Positions 1-14,103 of a stretch of 64,000 bases of DNA are shown here, piece by piece. The stretch comes from Azolla caroliniana. Lineage: Eukaryota; Plantae; Polypodiophyta. The notes below the pieces were generated by a model. That model saw only the letters and a list, made by a program, of their open reading frames with translations. It had not been told where the DNA came from and searched no databases. Made by a program: the position numbers and the translations under genes. The stretch spans positions 17,050,001 to 17,114,000 of the forward strand of contig JBHGNT010000009.1 of NCBI GenBank assembly GCA_043228905.1, read 5' to 3'. Position 1 is the stretch's first letter. Each line of letters opens with the position of its first letter.

Positions 1-29
1 ATCACTTCCCCACTCCGCAACAGTCCGCT

Positions 30-2052
30 CTAAAACTTCATTCTTGTTTGGGACAAGAGATTTGCCGGCACCGTTAGGAATTGGACGGATTTCCCTCCAT
101 TTTGGATCCGAATTCGTGCAAAAGCCGCATCGCTATCGAGCACCTTTGTCTCCATCTGTGAAGCCGGGATAAAGGGTTGCCCGAGGATCACGGAGTGTGA
201 GACCTCGTCTTATACGAAGAAATTTTGGTCGATCTCGAGATCTCTGATCTTCACCGTCACATCCGGACAAGCTGCAAATAGATCTTTCGTTGCTTTAGTG
301 GCCGCCCGAATCTTCCATCCATGATTGGTGTTAATAGGTCACTTCCCCTTCCGGTAGAACTCCGTAGACATCAAATTGATCTCTGATCCGTGCCCAATCA
401 ATGCTAGCATGGGCTCTTTGATGTTGCCGATTCGGACTGGAGTCTTGGTAGTTGCACACGCCCAGTGTGGCTTTGTATAGTGGGAATTCGGAATCTCGTC
501 CTCCACTTCGGTGTCGTTCATCAGAACGGTATTTGCATTCACCATCAACACATTTTCTTCCATAGTTTGTCTTTTTCTTTTCATGAGATCCACAAGAAGA
601 TCATGGAACTCCTTTTTTGCTATTCCGAGTAGTTCCCAAAGCGAAAAATCTACTCGGCTGTCGAGGATTTTCTCCTCAAACACTTTCTTTATGTCCGTCC
701 GTTGCTCGATGTCCGAAGCGAGTTTCAATGTCAGAATCATTTTTCCTTTCCCTCTTCTGTCGGACTTCCAACTCTCCGATGTCTTCGATGGTCCGGTCAC
801 ATCCTCCGTGCGTCACTGCTTCTCATCCACATACACCTAATGTAACTGACATAGGGCGTATACGCTATTCTTATTGACAGGGCACTCCCATCCCGTAGCT
901 TCCCCAAATGCCTTCCGCGGTGCTTCGGATCTCGTTGGAGTCGGGTTTCTCGGTGTTTTCTAGCACTTCCGGCCAAAAAGACACATTTACTCCCAATGAC
1001 TCCCCAACACGTATTCCCGCGGTTGTCGCGTAATTGCTCTTCACCGCTATTTCCACCTCTAGGACCTTCTTCATGCCGCCTTTTCAAAAGTTCGGTCAGA
1101 GCGGTTTCCGAGAGTCCATCGAATGAATCTGATTTCCCTCGTAGTAGATAAGATCCTGTCGTAGCGCTTCCTTGTGCTCGTTGCAATCCCTCCAATCATG
1201 TTCGGTGCTATCGCACCATATGCACCGACGGTCCATATACTTGGAACTTGTGGGACGGTCATCCGACTTCTTCACCATCGCAATTTTCAGATTCTCCATC
1301 TCCTTCAGCAATTGCTCCACCGTGGTTGCATCGATTCCCTTCTCGTTCGTAGTCTCCCGAGCCCACGGTTGATGGTTTTCCGATCCAGATCTCGGTTTCA
1401 GAATCGGTTCTGAAACCCTCTTTTCTTCGTTGGCAAGCCATTGGCCCCTCTTTGTGTATCGCGCGACGATATCCCGCACGCTTTCCCATGTTTCGGTGAG
1501 GCCACTCTTGGTAGTCATGTCCTCTAGAAGCACTCCAAGATCCTTCCGGTCCCGGACGTCTACGGCTCGTAAGAACATGATAACTTTGTCCGGTGCGAGG
1601 ATAGCTTGATCTCTCCCAGACAACCTTCCGAACTGACTTTCGAATGCCGAAAACACATCGAGGACCTTCATCCCCTTGTCCGGCGTTTCCACCCAATCCT
1701 CGAATCCTGTCCACGTTGCCTTGGAGGAGTCCTCGATAGGGAACGTGGTCTTTAGCGCCTCTTTAAACGCTTCCCACATCGGATTTTGTTGTCGTAGCCC
1801 GTGGATACTTGCTTGAAGCCCGTCGGTAGCCACCCGGTTGAAGGATGTCACTTGCAGTCCTTCCGAAATCCCGCACCGTAGCATTTTCGCCTTGTAGTTC
1901 CGAAGATAGCATGATACGTCCTTTCCATTGAATTGCCCGATCCGTTGCACGAGCCGCTCTACTGCCACCGCTATCTCCGACATCGCACGTTGTACTTGAA
2001 GCATCCGTTCGAACATCATCATCATGTTGTTAACCTCCGGTTGATCTTCCAT
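30..2052 (-). pseudogene. gag: Gypsy gag-protease, frameshifted
   Basis: ORFs 1096-2139, 871-1074 and 339-800 are collinear pieces of the protein at 35507-37222; motifs CIWCDSTEHDWRDC and ALIGHGSEINLM. Confidence 0.85.
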
Positions 2053-2090
2053 CTCCTTGCCACCCATGTTCAGGTCGGGTTCACCAAATG

Positions 2091-2701
2091 TGTCGTGCCA
2101 TTCGGCTCCGGATCGTTGCGTGAGTCGGGCGGGAACCACTAAGGTTTTGGACTAGGGAAAAAGAAAATTCTAAAGCAATTAAGATATGAAATATATTGTA
2201 GGAAAGAAAGATATGAAAAACTCGTGAATCCAACCAGTATAGTGTATTAGTGAGTACTCAGATTAAGAGAGAAAAAATAATTAGCAAATTTGTGAATCCC
2301 ATGAATATATTATATTAATCAACCTTTGTAAAATAATCAACAACCCTAGACATCTTTCTCTCTTCCTTATAAGTTTATCATATGCAAGCATCATGTTTTT
2401 TCTTACTTTAGTTTTCATGCACTCTGCATGTGCATGATTAGCTTTCTGTATGCATGAATAACTTTTTGTACCATGCATATCTAGAATGTTTACATGGAAT
2501 AAAGTTTAGTATAACTTTAAAATTCATAATATGCTAGCATAGTGGTAAGGCTAGGGTTTGTTTACGTGGAGGTACAGGGTTCGAATCTTGCCCTATGCAC
2601 GTGATAAATATTTTTAATATTTTATTTTACTTATTATACATACTTTAAATCGGATATAGTATTTTACATATTTCACGTAGTGTGTGATTCACACTACAAC
2701 A
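2091..2701 (-). repeat. LTR, alpha type, diverged variant
   Basis: Termini and U5 match the LTRs at 34764-35467 and 51695-52398; adjacent to a PBS. Confidence 0.85.
2533..2600 (+). promoter_or_regulatory. tRNA-like Pol III A/B-box module inside LTR, antisense to the element
   Basis: A-box-like TAGCATAGTGG (2535-2545) and B-box GGTTCGAATC (2578-2587) at tRNA-like spacing. Confidence 0.6.
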
Positions 2702-3690
2702 CTAGACACACCGACAGCGGCCAAAGAAGATTGAGGAAGGCGACTGGGTGTTGGTGTATGACAGCATTCTCGACAACCAAGACAAGGCAACGCGCAAATT
2801 CATGAGGAGGTGGTTCGGGCCCTACGTCGTAACGAGTGTGAATGACAATGGGACATATCATCTTGCGGAGCACGACGACACGCGATTAACAGTGCCGGTA
2901 GCCCGAAAACGGGTCAAGCTGTTCAAGAAGTAGCATGAGGACGAGCCGGATCCGGGAAGCATGATTGACAACGACCGGTTCCGAGCAGACGAGGATTCGG
3001 GAAATGACGGATGATTATGGGCCGATCTTCTCCGGCGATTGTTAGTGTCTGGCGCATACCAGTGGATGCACGTTTTGGTGGGGGTGGATGTCATGAAGAA
3101 AACCGGCCCGAAGAGGAATCAAGGAATTACAGGCCTAAACCACCTGCCCTTGCACGAGTGTGCGTGAATAGGACGGCTCATGTAGATATACTAGGCGTGA
3201 CATAATTATTAATCAGGAAATCGATGTGTATGTCTGTTCGAAAGGACAGAGAATAATGTTGATGTGTTTTGATGTAACAGCCTCCTCGACGAACTATAAA
3301 AGGGAAGGGGAATAGGAGAAGGGTATTACATTTTGGGGGGAAGGAGGAGGTGCTATCGAATTGGGAACCGAGCTCTCTCTTCCTTTGTCATCATTGTCTG
3401 CGAGGTTGCAACAGTTGTAATCGCCACTGTTATTGTAATAGAGTCTCTTGTTTCCGCCGATCTGTGTTATCTATGTTTAGGGATCTCTTCTTTCATCTCT
3501 CTTGAGTGTGCTCTTTGATTGAGTCGGTATACGCAATGGTGGTCCAATCAACCGGTAATTGTCGCCGGATGCTGATAGGTCTAGCAGCCCTCGCACTATT
3601 GCGCTCCTCACTTCCTCTTGTCTCTCTTGCTCTTCGGTTCAGGGCCCCCGCCGCACTGCCATATTTCACACATGCATAATAACGCAATGT
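2702..3690 (+). mobile_element. 3' remnant of the same Gypsy family (integrase C-terminus, PPT, gamma-type LTR from 3089)
   Basis: IEEGDWVLVYDS...RWFGPY matches 38311-38667; PPT TTTGGTGGGGGTGGA is followed by TGTCATG at 3089; the right end of the LTR is uncertain. Confidence 0.75.
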
Positions 3691-3906
3691 CATTCCATTG
3701 AAGATGTGAAGGTCACATGCTCAATCCACGTTCATCACACAGAATATATTGCGAACCACTCGAGGTATCGTGTGGAACTATAGCCACCAAAAAAGAATGA
3801 TGAAATGTCGGAAGATAGTCAAGTTCATGAAATAAAGGTCGCATGTTGAATTCACGTTCACCTTATATCAGGTTCATCTATATTCCCCACAGAAGCGCCA
3901 TCAAAC

Positions 3907-3939
3907 GCGGGGACAACTCATTTAGAAGCGCATCAGACT
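3907..3939 (+). pseudogene. truncated tRNA-Phe (5' half)
   Basis: GCGGGGACAACTCATTTAGAAGCGCATCAGACT, followed by a deletion. Confidence 0.7.
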
Positions 3940-4689
3940 TATCAAATACTCAGATAGCTATTCTATGAGACTGGCACAATAGATATTTGAACAACACATG
4001 TTCAATCCACGTTTTTCGTAGGTATGTCACGAACATCTAAAGATAACATTTAGGTCTACGTGAACCCAAAGAGAAAATTCAAATGCAGGGATAGTTGAGT
4101 TTACAGTATGTCAAATTGAGCGCTTGATGCTCGGGATACAACATATGTCCTGAACCACTTCAGATATCGTTTCATGCTCGACCGAAAAAAAATTCATAAA
4201 CTATTAAATTCACCGCAACACTGCGATCAAGTGCGGAAATAGTTCACAAAACAAAACATGTACCGAACCACTAGAGATATGACATTCATCCCTAGTTACC
4301 GCAAAAGTATAATCAAATGCGGGTAGACCGTCATAACCAAAATCTCAAGGTCACTCACGTGCTCGATGCAATTTCATTATAGAAAATATTTCGATAAACA
4401 CTTTGATATATAATTTTCAACTGTATGCATTGCAACAGTACGATGAGATGTTGGGATAGTTGAATTTGGACATCATTCCATTGAAGATGTCAAGGTCACC
4501 TAATCGATCCACGTCAATCGTACAGAATATTTCGCGAACCACATGAGGTATCGTTTGGAACTATAGTTACCACAAACGAAAGATGAAATGTGGGAAGATA
4601 GTCATGTTCAAGAAATAAAGGTTGCATGTTGAATTCAAGTTCACCTTATATCAAGTTTATCTATATACCCCATCGAAGTGGCATCAAAC

Positions 4690-4762
4690 GCGGGGATAGC
4701 TCAGTTGGGAGAGCGTCAGATTGAAGATCTGAAGGTCACGTGTTCGATCCACGTTCACCGCA
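4690..4762 (+). tRNA. trnF-GAA: tRNA-Phe(GAA), near intact (C32T)
   Basis: Full cloverleaf matching plant cytosolic tRNA-Phe; upstream TATATA near -28 and CAA; TTTT ~30 nt downstream. Confidence 0.85.
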
Positions 4763-5567
4763 AAAAAGATGTCACGAAAAGCTTGAGATATGATTTTGAT
4801 TCATATCCAACACAAAGAAATGATCAAATAACCGGATAGGTATTATTTGAGACTAGGATGGTAGATATTTGAGTGTCACATGTTCAATCCACGTTCCTCG
4901 TAGGTATGTCGCAAACAGCTAGAGATACGATTTAGGTCTACATGAACCAAAAGACAAAATTCATATGTAGGGATAGTTGAGTTCACAGAGTGTCAGATTA
5001 AGGTTTGGATACTCAGATGTTGGATCTATGTTCAGGATACAATATATGTCGTAAACCACTTGACATGTCGTTCCATGCTCGACCGAAAAAAAATGTCATA
5101 AACTATTAATTAAATTCACCATAACAATATGATCAAGTGCGGAAATAGTTCACAAAACAAAATATGTACCGAACCACATGAGATATGACGTTAATCCCTA
5201 GTTGCCGCAAGACTATAGTCAAGTGTGGATAGACCGTCAAAATCAAAATCTCAAGGTCACATGCTCGATCCAATTTCATTATAGAAAATATATCGCCCAA
5301 CACTTGAGACATAATTTTCAACTATATCCACAACAAGAGTACGATGAGATGATGGGATAGTTGAATTGGGAGATCGTTCCATTCAAGATGTCAAGGTCAC
5401 ATTATCGATCCACGTTCATTTCACAGAATATGTCACGAACCATTTGAGGTATCATGTGGAACTATAGTTACCACAAAAGACTTATGAAATGTGACTACAT
5501 AGTCAAGTTCATGAAATAAAGGTTGCATGTCGAATTCACGTTCACCTTATATCAGGTTGGAATAAAC

Positions 5568-5640
5568 GCGGGGATAGCTCAGTTGGGAGAGCGTCAAACT
5601 GAAGATCTGAAGGTCACGTGTTCGATCCACGTTCACTGCA
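5568..5640 (+). tRNA. trnF-GAA: tRNA-Phe(GAA) variant (G30A, C70T)
   Basis: 73-nt copy with an anticodon-stem mismatch; upstream TATA segment deleted. Confidence 0.65.
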
Positions 5641-6465
5641 AAAAAGATATCACGAAAAACTTGAGATGTGATTTTAATTCATATGCAGCACAAAGAAACG
5701 ATAAAAAACTGGATAGCTATTCTTTGAAATTGGCACAGTAGATATTTGAACGATACACGTTCAATCCACGTTCCTCGTAGTTATGTCGCGAACAACTAGA
5801 GATAAGGTTTAGGTCTACATGAACCAAAAGAGAAAATTCAAATGTGAGGATAGTTGAGTTCACAATGTGTCAGATTGAGGACATGATGCTTAGATGTTGG
5901 ATCTATGTTCAGGATACAATATATGTCCTTAGACACTTTAGTTATCGTTTCATGCTCGATTAAAAAAAAAAGTAGTAAACTATTAAATTGACTAGAACAA
6001 GGCGATCAAGTGCTAAAATGGTTCACAAAACAAAATATGTACCGAACCACTTGAAATATGACATTAATCCTGAGTTGTACTGCAAGAATATAATCAAATG
6101 TGGGTCGACAGTCATAATGAAAATCTCAGGGTCACCTGCTCGATTCAGGTTCATTATAGGAAATAAATCACTTAAGACTTGAGATATAATTTTCAACTAT
6201 ATCCATTGCAAGCGTGTGATGAGATGTTAGGATAGTTGAATTGGCACATCGTTCCATTGAAGATGTCAAGGTCACATTATCGATCCATGTTCATCGCACG
6301 GAATATTTCGTGAACCACATGAGGTATCGTATAGAACTATAGTTACCACAAAAGAATGATGACATGTGGAAAGATAGTCATGTTCATGAAACAAAGGTTG
6401 CATGTTGAATTCACGTTCACCTTATATCAGGTTCATCTATATACGCTATAGCGGCAGCATCAAAC

Positions 6466-6538
6466 GCGGGGATAGCTCAGTTGGGAGAGCGTCAGATTGA
6501 AGATTTGAAGGTCACGTGTTTGATCCACGTTCACCGCA
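6466..6538 (+). pseudogene. tRNA-Phe pseudogene
   Basis: B-box C56T (GTTTGATC), plus C32T and C40T. Confidence 0.7.
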
Positions 6539-7374
6539 AAAAAGATGTTACGAAAAACTTGAGATGTGATTTTGATTCATATGCAGCACAAAGAAACGAT
6601 CAAATAACCGCATAGCTATTATTTGAGGATAGCATTGTAGATATTTGAGTGTCACATGTTCAATCCACATTCCTCGTAGGTATGTCGCGAACAACTAGAG
6701 ATACGATTTAGGTCTACATGAACCAAAAGACAAAATTCATATGCGGGGATAGTTGAGTTCACAGAGTGTCAGATTAAGGACTTCATACTCAGATGTTGGA
6801 TCTATGTTCAGGAAACAATGTATGTCGTGAACTCCTTGACATTATGTTTCCTGCTCGACCAAAAAAAATATCGTAAACTATTAATTAAATTCACCGTAAC
6901 AATGCGATCAAGTGTGGAAATAGTTCACAAAACAAAATATGTACCGAACCACTTGAGATATGACGTTAATCCCTAGTTACCGTAAGAATATAATCAAATG
7001 TGGATCCACTGTCATAATATAAATCTCAAGGTCACATGCTCGATCCAATTTCATTATAGAAAATATATTGCCCAACACTTGCGACACTTGAGACATAATT
7101 TTCAACTATATACACCACAAGAGTACTATGAGATTTTGGGATAGTTGAATTGGGACATTGGTCCATTGAAGATCTCAAGGTCACATTATCGATCCACGTT
7201 CATGTCACAAAATATGTCGCGAACCATTTGAGGTATCGTGTGGAACTATAGTTACCACGGAAGACTTATGAAATGTGAGAAAATAGTCAAGTTCATGAAA
7301 TAAAGGTTGCATGTTGAATTCACGTTCACCTTATATCATGTTGATCTATATTCCGCACACAAGTAGCATCAAAC

Positions 7375-7447
7375 GCGGGGATAGCCTAGTTAGGAGAGCG
7401 TCAGACTGAAGATTTGAAGGTCAATTGTTCGATCCACGTTCACCGCA
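7375..7447 (+). pseudogene. tRNA-Phe pseudogene
   Basis: D-stem (GCCTAG), D-loop and T-stem mutations. Confidence 0.7.
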
Positions 7448-8271
7448 AAAACGATGTCACGAAAAACTTGAGATATGATTTTGATGGACATTCAGCACAA
7501 AGAAACGATCAAATACCCGCATATCTATTCTTTGAGACTGGCACAGTAGATATTTGAACGATAGTTGTTTAATACACGTTCCTCGTAGTTATGTTGCGAA
7601 CAACTAGAGATAAGATTTAAGTCTCGATGAACCAAAAGAGAAAATTCAAATGCGGGGATAGTTGAGTTCACAATGTGTCAAAGTGAGGACTTGATGCTCA
7701 GATGTTGGATCTATGTTCCGGATACAATATATGTCGTGAACCACTTGAGTTGTTGTTTCATGCCCGACTAAAAAGAAAGTGGTAAATTATTAAATTGACT
7801 GCAACATTGCGATCAAGTGCTAAAATGCTACACAAAACAACATATGTATCGAACCACTTCAGATATGACATTCATCCCTTGTTACAACAAGAGTATAATC
7901 AAATGTGGGTAAACAGTCTTAATGAAAATCTCAGGGTCACGTTCTCAATTCAAATTTATTATAGAAAATATTTCGCTAAACACTTTGATATATAATTTTC
8001 AATTGTATGCATTGCAACAGTACGATGAGATGTTGGGATAGTTGAATTTGGACATCATTCCATTGAAGATGTCAAGGTCACCTAATCGATCCACGTCAAT
8101 CGTACAGAATATTTCGCGAACCACATGAGGTATCGTTTGGAACTATAGTTGCCACAAAAGAATGGTGAAATGTGGGAAGATAGTCATGTTCATGAAACAA
8201 AGGTTGCATGTTGCATTCACGTTTACTATCTATCAGGTTTATCTATATACCCTATAGAAGAGGAATCAAAC

Positions 8272-8344
8272 GCGGGGATAGCTCAGTTGGGACAACATCA
8301 GATTGAAGATCTGAAGGTTACGTGTTCGATCCACGTTCACCGCA
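8272..8344 (+). pseudogene. tRNA-Phe pseudogene
   Basis: D-stem disrupted (GGACAACA). Confidence 0.7.
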
Positions 8345-8900
8345 AAAAAGATGTCACAAAAAACTTAAGATGTGATTTTGATTCATAACCATTTGACATG
8401 TCGTTTCATGCTCGACCGAAAAAAAATGTCGTAAACTATTAATTAAATTCACCGTAACAATGTGATCAAGTGCAGAAATAGTTCACAAAACAAAATATGT
8501 ATCGAACCACTTGAGATATGATGTTAATCCCTAGTTACCGCAAGAGTATAATCAAATGTGGATACACCGTCATAATACAAATCTAAAGGTCACGTGGTCG
8601 ATCCAATTTCATTAGAGAAAATATGTCGCCCAACACTTGAGACATAATTTTCAACTATATCCACAACAAGAGTACGATGAGATGATGGGATAGTTGAATT
8701 GGGAGATCGTTCCATTCAAGATGTCAAGGTCACATTATCGATCCACGTTCATTTCACAGAATATGTCACGAACCATTTGAGGTATCATGTGGAACTATAG
8801 TTACCACAAAAGACTTATGAAATGTGACTACATAGTCAAGTTCATGAAATAAAGGTTGCATGTCGAATTCACGTTCACCTTATATCAGGTTGGAATAAAC

Positions 8901-8973
8901 GCGGGGATAGCTCAGTTGGGAGAGCGTCAAACTGAAGATCTGAAGGTCACGTGTTCGATCCACGTTCACTGCA
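8901..8973 (+). tRNA. trnF-GAA: tRNA-Phe(GAA) variant, duplicate of 5568
   Basis: Identical to 5568-5640. Confidence 0.65.
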
Positions 8974-9798
8974 AAAAAGATATCACGAAAAACTTGAGAT
9001 GTGATTTTAATTCATATGCAGCACAAAGAAACGATAAAAAACTGGATAGCTATTCTTTGAAATTGGCACAGTAGATATTTGAACGATACACGTTCAATCC
9101 ACGTTCCTCGTAGTTATGTCGCGAACAACTAGAGATAAGGTTTAGGTCTACATGAACCAAAAGAGAAAATTCAAATGTGAGGATAGTTGAGTTCACAATG
9201 TGTCAGATTGAGGACATGATGCTTAGATGTTGGATCTATGTTCAGGATACAATATATGTCCTTAGACACTTTAGTTATCGTTTCATGCTCGATTAAAAAA
9301 AAAAGTAGTAAACTATTAAATTGACTAGAACAAGGCGATCAAGTGCTAAAATGGTTCACAAAACAAAATATGTACCGAACCACTTGAAATATGACATTAA
9401 TCCTGAGTTGTACTGCAAGAATATAATCAAATGTGGGTCGACAGTCATAATGAAAATCTCAGGGTCACCTGCTCGATTCAGGTTCATTATAGGAAATAAA
9501 TCACTTAAGACTTGAGATATAATTTTCAACTATATCCATTGCAAGCGTGTGATGAGATGTTAGGATAGTTGAATTGGCACATCGTTCCATTGAAGATGTC
9601 AAGGTCACATTATCGATCCATGTTCATCGCACGGAATATTTCGTGAACCACATGAGGTATCGTATAGAACTATAGTTACCACAAAAGAATGATGACATGT
9701 GGAAAGATAGTCATGTTCATGAAACAAAGGTTGCATGTTGAATTCACGTTCACCTTATATCAGGTTCATCTATATACGCTATAGCGGCAGCATCAAAC

Positions 9799-9871
9799 GC
9801 GGGGATAGCTCAGTTGGGAGAGCGTCAGATTGAAGATTTGAAGGTCACGTGTTTGATCCACGTTCACCGCA
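9799..9871 (+). pseudogene. tRNA-Phe pseudogene, duplicate of 6466
   Basis: Identical to 6466-6538. Confidence 0.7.
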
Positions 9872-10707
9872 AAAAAGATGTTACGAAAAACTTGAGATGT
9901 GATTTTGATTCATATGCAGCACAAAGAAACGATCAAATAACCGCATAGCTATTATTTGAGGATAGCATTGTAGATATTTGAGTGTCACATGTTCAATCCA
10001 CATTCCTCGTAGGTATGTCGCGAACAACTAGAGATACGATTTAGGTCTACATGAACCAAAAGACAAAATTCATATGCGGGGATAGTTGAGTTCACAGAGT
10101 GTCAGATTAAGGACTTCATACTCAGATGTTGGATCTATGTTCAGGAAACAATGTATGTCGTGAACTCCTTGACATTATGTTTCCTGCTCGACCAAAAAAA
10201 ATATCGTAAACTATTAATTAAATTCACCGTAACAATGCGATCAAGTGTGGAAATAGTTCACAAAACAAAATATGTACCGAACCACTTGAGATATGACGTT
10301 AATCCCTAGTTACCGTAAGAATATAATCAAATGTGGATCCACTGTCATAATATAAATCTCAAGGTCACATGCTCGATCCAATTTCATTATAGAAAATATA
10401 TTGCCCAACACTTGCGACACTTGAGACATAATTTTCAACTATATACACCACAAGAGTACTATGAGATTTTGGGATAGTTGAATTGGGACATTGGTCCATT
10501 GAAGATCTCAAGGTCACATTATCGATCCACGTTCATGTCACAAAATATGTCGCGAACCATTTGAGGTATCGTGTGGAACTATAGTTACCACGGAAGACTT
10601 ATGAAATGTGAGAAAATAGTCAAGTTCATGAAATAAAGGTTGCATGTTGAATTCACGTTCACCTTATATCATGTTGATCTATATTCCGCACACAAGTAGC
10701 ATCAAAC

Positions 10708-10780
10708 GCGGGGATAGCCTAGTTAGGAGAGCGTCAGACTGAAGATTTGAAGGTCAATTGTTCGATCCACGTTCACCGCA
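10708..10780 (+). pseudogene. tRNA-Phe pseudogene, duplicate of 7375
   Basis: Identical to 7375-7447. Confidence 0.7.
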
Positions 10781-11604
10781 AAAACGATGTCACGAAAAAC
10801 TTGAGATATGATTTTGATGGACATTCAGCACAAAGAAACGATCAAATACCCGCATATCTATTCTTTGAGACTGGCACAGTAGATATTTGAACGATAGTTG
10901 TTTAATACACGTTCCTCGTAGTTATGTTGCGAACAACTAGAGATAAGATTTAAGTCTCGATGAACCAAAAGAGAAAATTCAAATGCGGGGATAGTTGAGT
11001 TCACAATGTGTCAAAGTGAGGACTTGATGCTCAGATGTTGGATCTATGTTCCGGATACAATATATGTCGTGAACCACTTGAGTTGTTGTTTCATGCCCGA
11101 CTAAAAAGAAAGTGGTAAATTATTAAATTGACTGCAACATTGCGATCAAGTGCTAAAATGCTACACAAAACAACATATGTATCGAACCACTTCAGATATG
11201 ACATTCATCCCTTGTTACAACAAGAGTATAATCAAATGTGGGTAAACAGTCTTAATGAAAATCTCAGGGTCACGTTCTCAATTCAAATTTATTATAGAAA
11301 ATATTTCGCTAAACACTTTGATATATAATTTTCAATTGTATGCATTGCAACAGTACGATGAGATGTTGGGATAGTTGAATTTGGACATCATTCCATTGAA
11401 GATGTCAAGGTCACCTAATCGATCCACGTCAATCGTACAGAATATTTCGCGAACCACATGAGGTATCGTTTGGAACTATAGTTGCCACAAAAGAATGGTG
11501 AAATGTGGGAAGATAGTCATGTTCATGAAACAAAGGTTGCATGTTGCATTCACGTTTACTATCTATCAGGTTTATCTATATACCCTATAGAAGAGGAATC
11601 AAAC

Positions 11605-11677
11605 GCGGGGATAGCTCAGTTGGGACAACATCAGATTGAAGATCTGAAGGTTACGTGTTCGATCCACGTTCACCGCA
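11605..11677 (+). pseudogene. tRNA-Phe pseudogene, duplicate of 8272
   Basis: Identical to 8272-8344. Confidence 0.7.
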
Positions 11678-12256
11678 AAAAAGATGTCACAAAAAACTTA
11701 AGATGTGATTTTGATTCATAACCATTTGACATGTCGTTTCATGCTCGACCGAAAAAAAATGTCGTAAACTATTAATTAAATTCACCGTAACAATGTGATC
11801 AAGTGCAGAAATAGTTCACAAAACAAAATATGTATCGAACCACTTGAGATATGATGTTAATCCCTAGTTACCGCAAGAGTATAATCAAATGTGGATACAC
11901 CGTCATAATACAAATCTAAAGGTCACGTGGTCGATCCAATTTCATTAGAGAAAATATGTCGCCCAATACTTGAGACATAATTTTCAACTATATACACAAC
12001 AAGAGTACGATGAGCTGATGGGATAGATCAATTGGGGCATCGTTCCATTGGAGATATCAAGGTCACATTATCGATCCACGTTCATCTCACAGAATATGTC
12101 GCGAACCATTTGAGGTATCGTGTGGAACTATAGTTACCACAAAAGACTTATGAAATGTGAGAGGATAATCGAGTTCATGAAATAAAGGTTGCATGTTGAA
12201 TTCACGTTCACCTTATATCAGGTTGATCTATATTCCACACAGAAGTAGCATCAAAC

Positions 12257-12261
12257 GTGGG

Positions 12262-12304
<43 letters not shown>

Positions 12305-12329
12305 ACGTGTTCGATCCACGTTCACCGCA
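12257..12329 (+). tRNA. trnF-GAA: tRNA-Phe(GAA), best-preserved copy (C2T gives a U2:G71 wobble)
   Basis: Intact A/B boxes and arms, loop CTGAAGA, upstream TATA/CAA, downstream TTTT. Confidence 0.88.
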
Positions 12330-13129
12330 AAAAAGATGTTACGAAAAACTTGAGATATGATTTTGATGCACATCCAACATAAAGAAATGATCAAATATCC
12401 GCATAGCTATTCTTTGAGACTGGCACAGTAGATATTTGAACGATACATACTCAATACACGTTCCTCGTAGTTATGTTGCGAACAACTAGAGATAAGATTT
12501 AGGTCTGGATGAACTAAAAGAGAAAATTCCAATGCGGCGATAGTTGAGTTGACAATGTGTTAGATTGAGGACTTGATCCTCAAATGTTGGATCTATGTTC
12601 AGGATACAATATATGTCGTGAACCACTTGAGTTTTCGTTTCATGCTCGACTGGTAAAAAAGTGGTAAACTATTAAATTGAACGCAACAATGCGATCAAGT
12701 GCTAAAATGGTTCACAAAGCAAAATATGTACCGAACCACTTGAGATATGACATTGATCGTTAGTTACCGCAAGAGTATAATCAAAAGTGCGTTGACGGTC
12801 AAAATTAAAATCTTAGGGTCACGTGCTCGATTCAGGTTCATTATAGAAAATATATCGCGAAACACTTCACATATAATTTTTAACTATATTCATTGCAGGA
12901 GTACGAGGAGATGTTGAGATAGCTTAATTGGGACATTGTTCCATTGAAGATGTCAAGGTCACATGATCGATCCACGTTCATCGCATAGAATATTTCGCGA
13001 ACCACATGAGGTATCGTATGGAACTATAGTTACCACAAAAGAATGATGAAATGTGGGAAGATAGTCATGTTCATGAAACAAAGGTTGCATGTTTTATTCA
13101 GATTCACCTTATATCAGGTGGCATCAAAC

Positions 13130-13202
13130 GCGGGGATAGCTCAGTTGAGAGAGCATCGGATTGAAGATCTGAAGGTCATGTGTTTGATCCGCATTCATTG
13201 CA
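13130..13202 (+). pseudogene. tRNA-Phe pseudogene
   Basis: Many transitions, including G18/19A and C56T. Confidence 0.7.
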
Positions 13203-14030
13203 AAAAAGATGTCATGAAAAACTAGAGATGTGATTTTGATTCATATCCAACACAAAGAAACAATAAAAAAACCGGATAGCTATTATTTGAGACTAGCATG
13301 GTAAATATTTGAGCATCACATGTTCAATCCACGTTCCTCGTAGGTATGTCGCGAACAACTAGAGACATGATTTAGGTCTACATGAACCAAAAGACAAAAT
13401 TCATATGTAGGGATAATTGAGTTCACAGAGTGTCAGATTAAGGACTTCATACTCAGATGTTGGATCTATGTTCAGGAAACAATGTATGTCGTGAACTCCT
13501 TGACATTATGTTTCATGCTCGACCGAAAAAAAATGTCGTAAACTATTAATTAAATTCACCGTAACAATGCGATCACGTGCGGAAATAGTTCACAAAACAA
13601 AATATGTATTGAACCACCTGAGATATGACGTTAATCCCTAGTTACTGCAAGAGTATAATAAAATGTGGATACACTATCATAATATAAATCTCAAGGTCAC
13701 GTGGTCGATCCAATTTCATTATAGAAAATATATTGCCCAACACTTGAGACATAATTTTCAACTATATCCAGCGCAAGAGTACGATGAGATGTTGGGATAG
13801 TTGAATTGGGACATCGTTCCATTGAAGATGTCAAGGTCACATTATCGATCCACTTTCATCTGAAACAATATGTCACGAACCATTTGAGGTATTATGTGTA
13901 ACTATAGTTACCACAGAAAAATTATGAAATGTGAGAAGATAGTCAAGTTCATGAAATAAAGGTTGCATGTTGAATTCACGTTCACCTTATATCATGTTGA
14001 TCTATATTCCGCAAAGAAGTAGTATCAAAC

Positions 14031-14103
14031 ACGGGGATAGCTCAGTTGGGAGATCGTCAGACTAAAGATCTGAAGGTCACGTGTTCGATCCACGTTCACC
14101 GCA
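14031..14103 (+). pseudogene. tRNA-Phe copy with AAA anticodon
   Basis: Loop CTAAAGA; also G1A and G24T. Confidence 0.7.

Larger units (their letters stand above)
1..2701 (-). mobile_element. Ty3/Gypsy non-chromovirus LTR retrotransposon, copy A (5' LTR + gag-protease; runs off the window), degenerate
   Basis: LTR 2091-2701 with TG...CA ends on the - strand, PBS 2070-2086 complementary to the tRNA-Trp 3' end, and gag ORF fragments with a CX2CX4HX4C knuckle and protease; homologous to copies B and C. Confidence 0.9.
5293..11966 (+). repeat. Apparently exact 2 x 3333-bp tandem duplication within the array
   Basis: Four ORF pairs with identical translations offset by 3333 bp; boundary mismatches at 5292/8625 and 8634/11967. 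Confidence 0.9.
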
